This document shows positions 35,848 through 43,856 of a DNA stretch of 64,000 nucleotides, in pieces. Made by a program: the position numbers and the translations under genes. The DNA is from Thermoanaerobaculia bacterium. GTDB lineage: Bacteria; Acidobacteriota; Thermoanaerobaculia; Multivoradales; Multivoraceae. Below the pieces are notes generated by a model. That model worked only from the letters and a program-made list of their open reading frames with translations. It searched no databases and was not told the DNA's origin. The DNA is taken from positions 3,781,588 through 3,845,587 of the forward strand of contig OZ246956.1 of the NCBI GenBank assembly GCA_965232105.1, read 5' to 3'. Within the stretch, counting starts at the first letter, position 1; each line of letters begins with the position of its first letter.

Positions 35848-38670
35848 CTACCGCCTCGGAGGTAGCCGCCTCCGAGGCCGTTTCCTAGTTCCGCGAACCG
35901 CCTCGACTGAGATCGGCGCCTGCATCCGTTCGTAGAGTCCGAGAAGGTGTTCCAGACGGTCACTCTCGCTCTTGAAGCGCTCAGGTCGATAGAGCCTGTC
36001 AACGGCCCGATCGAGGTTCTGATGGGCTCTCCTCAGAGCGGCGGGCATAAGGTCGGGGTCGTAGAGATCGGCCAGGGTCGCGTCCAAGTGTTCCGAACGA
36101 GCGTCGAGGACCGCCTGCGCCAGCGGACTCAGCCCCGACCTCCCTGACTCTGCCGGTTCGGAGAAACCCGCCGGGGTCGGAAAGGTGTTGTAGACGACGC
36201 CGACGGAGTACATGTAGTCGCTCTTCATCCGTCCCGTGACAGTTCGCACCCACGCCATGTGCATGGCGGACGTCAGTAAAGCGAACTCCGGCAGAGTCGC
36301 CTCCGGCAGGATCCGGAGCTTCTGATTCGCCACGACCTCAGGCGTAAGCCAGCCGATTGGAATGTAATGTCGTCGCTCCGAGCTCGTGTTGGGCAACACC
36401 AGGAACGGCTCCGCGAGCCTGTGGTCGACGCCAACCTGGGTCGGAAAGCTCGCCATCCTCACCGTGCTCTCCCGCGAACGGGACGCTCGATAGCGCCTCA
36501 CCGCGGCCACCCGCTCCGCCACCTGCGGAAGCCGCCGGAGTTCGGTCGGTGACGCGTCCGCCAAGTACAGAATCCACCGATGAAAGCCGTTGATGTACTC
36601 GTCGCCTCCGATATAGCGCCGAAAGAACTTCGCCGCGCCGGGTTCATGGGCGAGAAACTCCTCGCGTTCATCTCCGGTGAAGGTCAGGAGTCCGTTGTCG
36701 ATCATCTGAACACCGGTCTTGAGGCGACGAAGCCCGTTGATGGGGTGGCTGACCTTTCTGACCGTCAGATGTGGGTCCGTCATTCTGGTGGCGTCGAACA
36801 GATACGGCGAGAGAGCCCGACAACGCTGCTCGTCGGGCTCGCCATTCACGTCCGCGTAGCTGAACAGGCGCTTGACCGGACGCTCGTCCTGGCGCCGGTC
36901 AACACCCACGATCACGACATGCACATGGGCCTTCCCACGGGCGTCCGACCCCCAGGCAAAGGTCCGATGCGCGAAGGCAAGGTCAAGGTCATACCTGTCG
37001 AAGAGAACTGGCCACAGGAGGCCGACCTGCTCGCCCTGCGTCACGGAGTTGGTCGCAACAAGGCCGATGCGGACAGGCTTGCCAGCTTGGCTGACGTAAG
37101 CTCCTGCCTTGATGAACCAGGCGGCCACGTAGTCAAGAGTGCCCCCTTGCTTGCCGAGTTGGGCGACTCGGCGCACTTGGGCGGCCTGCTCCTTGCTCTG
37201 CTGACTCTTACCCCGAAACGGCGGATTGCCGAAGACATAGTCGCAGTTCCCGGGTGGCAGGACATCAGCCCAGTCCATCTCCAACGCATCCCCGTGCACG
37301 ATGTCCGGGGTCGTCCGAAGCGGAATCCGCGTGTAGGTTGCACCGAACTCCAGGCTCAGGCGGTTGTTCATCATGTGGTCCATCATCCACAGCGCGGTCT
37401 CTGCGATGCGGGCGGGGAACTCCCCCAGCTCGATGCCGTGGAACTGGTCGACATCGATCATCGACATCCGATCGGCAAGGCTCTCCAGCACGGGCCCCGT
37501 ATACAGTTCCTTCAGCACCTCGAGTTCGAGAACGCGAAGCTCCCGGTAGGCGATGATCAGGAAATTGCCGCAGCCGCAGGCCGGGTCGAAGAAGGTCACT
37601 TCGCCGAGGCGTCTCTGGAACCTCAACAGCTCGGCCCGGCGCCGGCCGTCCTTGCGGGCCTGAAGCCGTTTGAATTCGGCCCGAAGATCGTCGAGAAACA
37701 ACGGCTCGATCACCTTCAGGATGTTCTTCTCGGTCGTGTAGTGCGCCCCTTGCGCGCGCCGCTCCGCGGGTGCCATGACGGACTGGAACAGGGCACCGAA
37801 GATCGCGGGCGAGATCGTAGACCAGTCGAAGCTGCACGCATCAAGGACGGCCCTGCGCATCAAGGCGTCGAAGGACGGGATCGTCAGAGGCCCGTCGAAC
37901 AGGTCGCCGTTGACGTAAGGGAAACGGGCGAGATCCTCGTCCAACGTCGCCTGACGGGTCTCCGCAGGAGTGTTCAGAACCTGAAACAACTGCGACAGCC
38001 AAAGTCCGAAGTCCGCACCGTCCTCGCCGGTTCGACTCTCGAGAAGGTCGAAAAGGATGTCGCGAGGCTCGAAGATGCCCGTATCGTCCGCGAAAAGACA
38101 GAACACGAGCCGGACCAGGAAGCGCTCCAGATCAGGCCCAGCGTAGCCGGCTGCCGCGAGGGCGTCGTGGACCTTGCCAACCAGTTCGGCCGCCTCGATG
38201 TTCGCCGGGTCCTGGTCGCGAAACACCCGGCGCTCGACGCCAAGAATGAAGCCGAAGCTCTCGACATTCTCCGGCAGGTCCTGGAGAGCGAAGCTGGTGA
38301 CCGCCCGCTCTCCAAGATCGTGTAGTTCGAAGGTCTGGAAGTCGCTGACCAGGATGTACCGGGGTCGCTCCCGGTCCGCAAGAGCATCCGAGTACTCTCC
38401 CGCCTGACCGTACGCTTTGTCTAGATCGCGCCCGGCGCTCTTCTGCTCCACGATGAGCACGCCAGGCCAGAAGAGGTCGATGAAGCCGCTCCTGTCGTCC
38501 AGCTTCCGAACGTGTTCCTCGTAGCGCGCGACCGTGCGGCGACGGACCCCGAAGACTTCGAAGAACTCGTTGTAGAAGCTATGCGTCTCTCCCTTCTCGT
38601 ACTCCGCGTCCCGCCATTCCTTGGCGAACGCCGCGGCGCGAACCCTTACCTCGTTCCAGGAGAGACGCAC
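35848..38670 (-). CDS. MmeI-family type IIL restriction-modification enzyme (fused PD-ExK endonuclease + N6-adenine methyltransferase + target-recognition domain)
   Basis: N-terminus LSWNEVRVRAAAFAKEWRDAE...FIDLFWPGVLIVEQKS carries the D-x-E-x-K nuclease motif. MTase motif I FFDPACGCGNFLI and motif IV FGNPPFRGKS. C-terminal TRD contains the family-typical ...MKSDYMYSVGVVYNTFP. The ORF-track first ~105 aa are an Ala/Ser/Arg-rich frame artefact, so a GTG start at 38670 is proposed. Confidence 0.8.
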   Translation of the reverse strand: MRLSWNEVRVRAAAFAKEWRDAEYEKGETHSFYNEFFEVFGVRRRTVARYEEHVRKLDDRSGFIDLFWPGVLIVEQKSAGRDLDKAYGQAGEYSDALADRERPRYILVSDFQTFELHDLGERAVTSFALQDLPENVESFGFILGVERRVFRDQDPANIEAAELVGKVHDALAAAGYAGPDLERFLVRLVFCLFADDTGIFEPRDILFDLLESRTGEDGADFGLWLSQLFQVLNTPAETRQATLDEDLARFPYVNGDLFDGPLTIPSFDALMRRAVLDACSFDWSTISPAIFGALFQSVMAPAERRAQGAHYTTEKNILKVIEPLFLDDLRAEFKRLQARKDGRRRAELLRFQRRLGEVTFFDPACGCGNFLIIAYRELRVLELEVLKELYTGPVLESLADRMSMIDVDQFHGIELGEFPARIAETALWMMDHMMNNRLSLEFGATYTRIPLRTTPDIVHGDALEMDWADVLPPGNCDYVFGNPPFRGKSQQSKEQAAQVRRVAQLGKQGGTLDYVAAWFIKAGAYVSQAGKPVRIGLVATNSVTQGEQVGLLWPVLFDRYDLDLAFAHRTFAWGSDARGKAHVHVVIVGVDRRQDERPVKRLFSYADVNGEPDEQRCRALSPYLFDATRMTDPHLTVRKVSHPINGLRRLKTGVQMIDNGLLTFTGDEREEFLAHEPGAAKFFRRYIGGDEYINGFHRWILYLADASPTELRRLPQVAERVAAVRRYRASRSRESTVRMASFPTQVGVDHRLAEPFLVLPNTSSERRHYIPIGWLTPEVVANQKLRILPEATLPEFALLTSAMHMAWVRTVTGRMKSDYMYSVGVVYNTFPTPAGFSEPAESGRSGLSPLAQAVLDARSEHLDATLADLYDPDLMPAALRRAHQNLDRAVDRLYRPERFKSESDRLEHLLGLYERMQAPISVEAVRGTRKRPRRRLPPRR

Positions 38671-38677
38671 TTCCGAC

Positions 38678-39718
38678 CTACAGCACCGCCTCCGCGATCG
38701 CGTCGAGCGCCTCCGGCTGCTGGCAGCCCAACAGCATCGAAGCGACCTGGCCGTTGCGGCCGGCTTCCTTCCAGGCCGCGAGACGGTCGACGATCCGCTC
38801 CTTCGGGCCGACCAGGGCGAGATCGTCGACCAGGGCATCCGGCACGGCGCCGATGGCCTCGCTTTTCTTGCCGCCGAGGAAGTTGTCCTGGATGACCTTG
38901 GCCGCGTCAGGGTAGCCGAGGCGCCTGGCGTAGTCGTTGTAGAAGTTCTTGTCGCGCGCGCCCATGCCGCCGATGTACAGGGCAAGATTCATCTTGACCG
39001 GAGTGCGGCACTGTTCCACGTCGTCGCCCATCACGACGGTGACGAAGGGCATGACCTTGAAGTCGTCCAGGCTCTTGCCGCCGCCGGCCTTGGCGAAGCC
39101 CCGTCCCAGCGCATCTTCGAACAGATCGAAGCGCTCCGGGTTCATCCACACCGGGAACACGCCGTCAGCGACCTCGGCACTGCACTCGACGCCCTTCGGG
39201 CTGATCGACGCGGTGTAGATCGGGATCGATGTGTCGGCGGCGAGAATGCTCCGGAGCGGCTTGCCGAGACCCGTCCCGTCATCGCCGCGGTACGGCAATT
39301 GGTAGTGATAGCCGTCGTAGGTCGCGGGCTCCTCGCGAGCGAAGATCTGACGCACGATGTCGATGTACTCCTTCGTGCGCGTCAGCGGCCGGCCATAGGC
39401 GACGCCGTGCCAGCCCTCGATCACCTGCGGTCCTGACGGCCCCAGGCCAAGCAGGAAGCGGCCCCCGGAGAGCTGATTCAGGGTCAAGGCGGTCATCGCG
39501 GTCATCGCCGGGCTGCGCGCCGGCATCTGCATGATCGCGGTGCCGACCTTGATCTTCTCGGTCTGAGCGAGGATCCACGCCGCGGGCGTCACCGCGTCGT
39601 TGCCGTAGGCCTCGGCCGTCCAAACCGAAGTAAAGCCGGCGCTCTCCGCCTGCCGGATGCGGTCGATCGGAATGTTGATCTGGCTGCCGAAGCCGCCCGA
39701 GAGCAGTCCTAGTTCCAT
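38678..39718 (-). CDS. LLM-class F420-dependent oxidoreductase (luciferase-like monooxygenase family)
   Basis: 346 aa LLM TIM-barrel pattern (GFTSVWTAEAYG...; GRFLLGLGPSG...). Ends 8 nt upstream of the MmeI-like gene's proposed start. Confidence 0.7.
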   Translation of the reverse strand: MELGLLSGGFGSQINIPIDRIRQAESAGFTSVWTAEAYGNDAVTPAAWILAQTEKIKVGTAIMQMPARSPAMTAMTALTLNQLSGGRFLLGLGPSGPQVIEGWHGVAYGRPLTRTKEYIDIVRQIFAREEPATYDGYHYQLPYRGDDGTGLGKPLRSILAADTSIPIYTASISPKGVECSAEVADGVFPVWMNPERFDLFEDALGRGFAKAGGGKSLDDFKVMPFVTVVMGDDVEQCRTPVKMNLALYIGGMGARDKNFYNDYARRLGYPDAAKVIQDNFLGGKKSEAIGAVPDALVDDLALVGPKERIVDRLAAWKEAGRNGQVASMLLGCQQPEALDAIAEAVL

Positions 39719-39807
39719 GGTCCGGTCTCTCCTCGTTCAGAGTCTTTTTCGGGGTTCTTCCAGCGAAACGCGCGCGAGGCTAGCAGGTCGGACATAGACT
39801 GCGCTCC

Positions 39808-40632
39808 ATGGCCGAGACACCGGCACCGGAGCGCGGTTCCAGCCCCGGCTCGCGGAAGCCCCGCAGCCAGGTGCTCTGGCCGCTCGCGTTCGTCACTCTG
39901 ACCCTGGGGATGGTCGTCGTGATCGTGATCGGCTTCGTCATCATCCGACTGACCCAGGTCCCCGGCGACGTGGTGGAGGGCGGCCGCGAACTCGCCCGCG
40001 ACGCCGCCCTTGCCGTCGAACGGATCGCGGAGGCGTTCCACACGGGCACCGTGCAGACATCCTTCGTGAGCTACGCCACCGAGATCTCCGGCAGCGCCTT
40101 CCTCCAGTTCGCGTCTCTCGACCAGACCGAGGTGATCGAGCGCAGGGACTCGGCGAGCCTGCTGTGGGGCCGACTCAGGCTGCCGGACGTGATGGTCGAA
40201 GCGCGGGTCCCGGTGCGCTACACCTACTACCTCGACCTCGAGGACGAGTGGTCACTCACCCTCGAGGGAACGACGGTCCACGTGTTGGCGCCTGGTGTCC
40301 GCGCGAACCGGCCCGCCGTGGACGCCTCAGCGATCGAGTACAGGGTCCAGGCGGACTCCGTGCTCCGCGACGAGGAAGCGGTGTTGGAGCAACTCCGCCT
40401 CCGCATCACGGACCAGTTGGCGTCCCGCGCGGGCGAGAACATCGCCCTCGTGCGGGAACTCGGGCGCCGCAGGACGGCCGACTTCGTGCGCACGTTCCTG
40501 CTGTCGCAGTTCGGAGAAGACGTGGACGGGTATCGAATCGAGGTCCGCTTCCGCGATGAAGTCGACCTTGAGGCCTCGCCCGAACCCGCGCCTGGACGCT
40601 CGCCGGCGGTAACCGAGGAAGAGCGGAATTGA
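39808..40632 (+). CDS. Membrane-anchored hypothetical protein (DUF4230-like architecture)
   Basis: Single N-terminal TM (VLWPLAFVTLTLGMVVVIVIGFVIIRL) followed by a ~220-aa soluble domain. Confidence 0.4.
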   Translation: MAETPAPERGSSPGSRKPRSQVLWPLAFVTLTLGMVVVIVIGFVIIRLTQVPGDVVEGGRELARDAALAVERIAEAFHTGTVQTSFVSYATEISGSAFLQFASLDQTEVIERRDSASLLWGRLRLPDVMVEARVPVRYTYYLDLEDEWSLTLEGTTVHVLAPGVRANRPAVDASAIEYRVQADSVLRDEEAVLEQLRLRITDQLASRAGENIALVRELGRRRTADFVRTFLLSQFGEDVDGYRIEVRFRDEVDLEASPEPAPGRSPAVTEEERN

Positions 40633-41933
40633 CCGACCGCCTGGCGCGCCGGCGCCAGCGACTCCGCGCGCGACAGGCGGACCGCTTCGGCCGCATGGCG
40701 GAGCAGGTCCACGTTCACAACCCGTTCTACCGGGCGAAGTGGCAAGCCGCCGGCTTCGACTCCCCGCCGACCCTGGACGACCTGACCGGTCTTCCCTTCA
40801 CGACCAAGGCCGAGCTCGCCGCCGACCAGGACGCGAACCCGCCCCGGGGCAGCAACCTGACCTTCCCGTTCGACCGCTACGTCCGCGTCCACCGCACCTC
40901 GGGGACGACCGGCAAGCCGCTGCGCTGGTTCGACACCCCGGCAAGCTGGCAGTGGTTCCTCGACTGCTGGCTCGAGACCTACAAGGGAGCCGGCGTCGGT
41001 CCCGACGACCGAGTCTTCGTCGCCTTCGGCTTCGGCCCCTTCGTGGGCTTCTGGACCGCCTTCGAGGCGGCGCAGCAGCTCGGCTGCCTGGTCATGCCCG
41101 GCGGGCACCTGAGCACCGAGCAGCGCCTCAACGTGATCCGCGAGGAAGGCGCCACGGTCCTGGTGGCGACGCCGACCTATGGCCTGCGCCTCCTCGAGGT
41201 CGCACGCCAACTCGGCGTCGATCTCGCCGTCAGTTCGATCGAGCGGACGATCCATGGCGGCGAGCCGGGCGCCGGTGTACCGGCGGTCAAACGTCAGCTC
41301 GCGGAGGGGTTCGGAGCTCGTGTCTTCGACCACGCCGGCGCGACGGAGGTCGGCGCCTGGGGCTACCCCTGCGGCGTCGGCGAACACCTTCATGTCTTCG
41401 AGGAGGAGTTCATCGTCGAGTGGCTCGACCGGACGACCGGAGAGCTGCTCCGGCCGCTCGACCCAGGCGCCAGGGAGTCCGACCCGCCCCTCGGCGAACT
41501 CGTGCTGACCAACCTCGGACGGATCGGCAGCCCGGTCGTCCGCTATCGCACCGGCGACGTCGGACGGCTTTGCGCCGCCGGCTGTTCCTGCGGCCGGCCG
41601 ACCGTCTACCTCGATGGCGGTGTTCGCGCCCGCGCCGACGACATGTTCATCGTCCGCGGCGTAAACGTCTACCCGAGCTCGATCGACGCGATGATCCGGG
41701 AAGCCGGCGGAGTCGCCGAGTACCGCGCGACGGTACGCGAACGCCGGCAGATGGTCGAAGTCGAACTGGAGGTCGAGCCGGAGCCCGGCCGCGAGGCCGA
41801 GGTTCTCCGGACCCGACTCCAGGATCTGTTCCAGAAGCGCCTCAGTCTCCGGATACCGGTACGCATCGCGGCGACCGGTTCCCTGCCCCGCTATGAACTC
41901 AAGGCGAACCGCTTCACGCTCGACCGACCGTAG
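40629..41933 (+). CDS. PaaK-like adenylate-forming enzyme (phenylacetate-CoA ligase / coenzyme F390 synthetase family)
   Basis: RVHRTSGTTGKPLRWFDT P-loop-like adenylation motif characteristic of the PaaK/F390-synthetase clade. 434 aa. Confidence 0.7.
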   Translation: MTDRLARRRQRLRARQADRFGRMAEQVHVHNPFYRAKWQAAGFDSPPTLDDLTGLPFTTKAELAADQDANPPRGSNLTFPFDRYVRVHRTSGTTGKPLRWFDTPASWQWFLDCWLETYKGAGVGPDDRVFVAFGFGPFVGFWTAFEAAQQLGCLVMPGGHLSTEQRLNVIREEGATVLVATPTYGLRLLEVARQLGVDLAVSSIERTIHGGEPGAGVPAVKRQLAEGFGARVFDHAGATEVGAWGYPCGVGEHLHVFEEEFIVEWLDRTTGELLRPLDPGARESDPPLGELVLTNLGRIGSPVVRYRTGDVGRLCAAGCSCGRPTVYLDGGVRARADDMFIVRGVNVYPSSIDAMIREAGGVAEYRATVRERRQMVEVELEVEPEPGREAEVLRTRLQDLFQKRLSLRIPVRIAATGSLPRYELKANRFTLDRP

Positions 41934-42033
41934 CTGAACCGGACTCGACGGCCCGTCGTGGGTGGGCTGGCATACCAGCAGGACGAAGTCACGTCTCTTG
42001 GTTCCGACCCGGTTCTCGACGCATAATCAGCCG

Positions 42034-42714
42034 ATGCCGCAAATGAAGCGCATTCTCTGCTTGGCCAACTCCCGGAAACTGAGCGGGCGCTGTCTCGCTG
42101 GCCGGGAGTTCGACGGGCTCAAGGCTGGACCCTGGATACGGCCGGTTAGCGACCGGGAGCACGAGGAGGTCTCCGAACGCGAACGGCAGTACGAGGACGG
42201 TAGCGATCCGCGGGTCCTCGATGTGATCGACGTGCCACTCCGCGAACCGCGTCCAAGCGGGTACCAGGTGGAGAACTGGCTGCTCGATCCGAAGTACTAC
42301 TGGCAGAAAGCGGGGAGACTGCCCCACACCGAGTTGCCGAGATTCAGCGAGCCGAACCGGACTCTCTGGATCGACGGGCACAGCACCAGGACCGGCAGGA
42401 ACGACAAGATCCCGCTGGATCTCCTGCCTTCGGTCAAGAGTTCTCTTCGTTTGATCCATGTCGAGGCCCTGACTCTCGCCGTGTTCGCGCCAAGCGAGGC
42501 GTTCGGCAATCCGAAGCGCCGGGTGCAGGGCCGGTTCGCCTATGCCGGCTGCGACTACGCTTTCTGGGTCACTGATCCGAGTCTTGAGAAGCAGTACCTG
42601 GTACGGCCCGACGGCGACTACGAGATGGGCGAGTGCTACCTGACCGTCAGCCTGGGCGAGCCCTACGGCGATGCCTGCTACAAGCTGATCGCAGCCGTGA
42701 TCGAGCTCGACTAG
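42034..42714 (+). CDS. Hypothetical protein with N-terminal Cys pair (CLANSRKLSGRCLAG) and W.RPV motif. First gene of a 3-gene cassette.
   Basis: ORF only; no family recognised. Lower G+C than flanking genes. Confidence 0.45.
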   Translation: MPQMKRILCLANSRKLSGRCLAGREFDGLKAGPWIRPVSDREHEEVSERERQYEDGSDPRVLDVIDVPLREPRPSGYQVENWLLDPKYYWQKAGRLPHTELPRFSEPNRTLWIDGHSTRTGRNDKIPLDLLPSVKSSLRLIHVEALTLAVFAPSEAFGNPKRRVQGRFAYAGCDYAFWVTDPSLEKQYLVRPDGDYEMGECYLTVSLGEPYGDACYKLIAAVIELD

Positions 42715-42720
42715 AGAACC

Positions 42721-43368
42721 GTGAGGCGCACCCGCAGTTCGACCGTCTTGACCGTCGGCCATTCGAATCACTCGATCGAGCGGCTCAAGGAACTGCTGCA
42801 CACGTATCGAGTCACAGCCGTCGCCGACATTCGCTCGGCACCCTACAGCCGCTTTAGCCCTCAGTTCAACAAGGAAAGCCTCGCGGCATGGTTGCACAAC
42901 ACGGGTATCGCCTATGTGTTCCTGGGACGCGAACTGGGCGGCCGCTCCCAGGATCCGTCCGACTACGAGAATGGGCACGTCTGCTACGACCGGCTGGCGG
43001 CGAAACCGACCTTCGAGTCCGGCATCGAACGTATCCTGCTGGGAGCGTTGAAGGAGAGGATTGCCCTGCTCTGCGCCGAGAGGGAACCCCTCGACTGCCA
43101 CCGCACCTTGCTCGTAGGCCGAGCCTTGGCCGAGCGGGGGGTCCAGGTCGAGCATATTCTCGCCGACGGAGGATTGGAGAACCACGCCCAGACGATGGAC
43201 CGCTTACTGGACATGACCGGGCTAAGGCAGGCGGACCTGTTCAACCGGGCCGACAACGGTTCCCGCAGAGCCGTTGACGCAATCTCTGAAGCAATCGACC
43301 TGCGGGCGGCCCAAGTGGGTCACACCCGGACCGATCAGCCCACCAAGGACGAATCGAGGAACCGATGA
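42721..43368 (+). CDS. DUF488-family protein
   Basis: N-terminus LTVGHSNHSIERLKELL...VADIRSAPYSRFSPQF matches the DUF488 pattern (TiGHSn.s.e.F...L.....vvDVRs.P.S). GTG 42721 or TTG ~42748 start. Confidence 0.6.
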   Translation: MRRTRSSTVLTVGHSNHSIERLKELLHTYRVTAVADIRSAPYSRFSPQFNKESLAAWLHNTGIAYVFLGRELGGRSQDPSDYENGHVCYDRLAAKPTFESGIERILLGALKERIALLCAEREPLDCHRTLLVGRALAERGVQVEHILADGGLENHAQTMDRLLDMTGLRQADLFNRADNGSRRAVDAISEAIDLRAAQVGHTRTDQPTKDESRNR

Positions 43369-43802
43369 AACTGTCAACGATCGGCTTCACGAAGAAGCCG
43401 GCTTCCCGCTTCTTCAGCCTCTTGCGGATCTCCGGCGCCAAGAGGGTCGTTGACGTTCGGCTCCATAACGTGTCCCAACTCGCCGGCTTCGCCAAGCGAG
43501 ATGACCTTGCCTACTTCCTGCGCGAGATCTGCGGCATCGAGTACATCCACGTCCCGGAACTCGCCCCCACCAAGGACATCCTCGACGACTACAAGAAGCG
43601 TAGAGGCGACTGGGAGACCTACGAGGTCCGCTTCCGCGAGCTAATGCGTGAACGTCGCATCGAAGAAACCGTCACAAGAGAGATCATCTCCGACGGTTGC
43701 CTCCTGTGCAGCGAGCACGAACCCCATCACTGTCACCGCCGCCTAGTCGCTGAGTACCTGAATGAACACTGGGGCGACATCGAAGTAGCCCACCTGCAGT
43801 AG
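43365..43802 (+). CDS. DUF488-family paralog (N-terminal HS.HS motif degenerate: TIGFTKKPASRFF)
   Basis: MKLSTIGFTKK...VVDVRLHNVSQLAGFAK...GIEYIHVPELAP follows the DUF488 pattern but with the His/Ser positions substituted. ATGA overlap with the upstream paralog. Confidence 0.6.
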   Translation: MKLSTIGFTKKPASRFFSLLRISGAKRVVDVRLHNVSQLAGFAKRDDLAYFLREICGIEYIHVPELAPTKDILDDYKKRRGDWETYEVRFRELMRERRIEETVTREIISDGCLLCSEHEPHHCHRRLVAEYLNEHWGDIEVAHLQ

Positions 43803-43856
43803 ACCCTCCCGACCTGAGGCTGAGCCTCAACCCAGTGCGTGCGACCTGCGGGCCCG

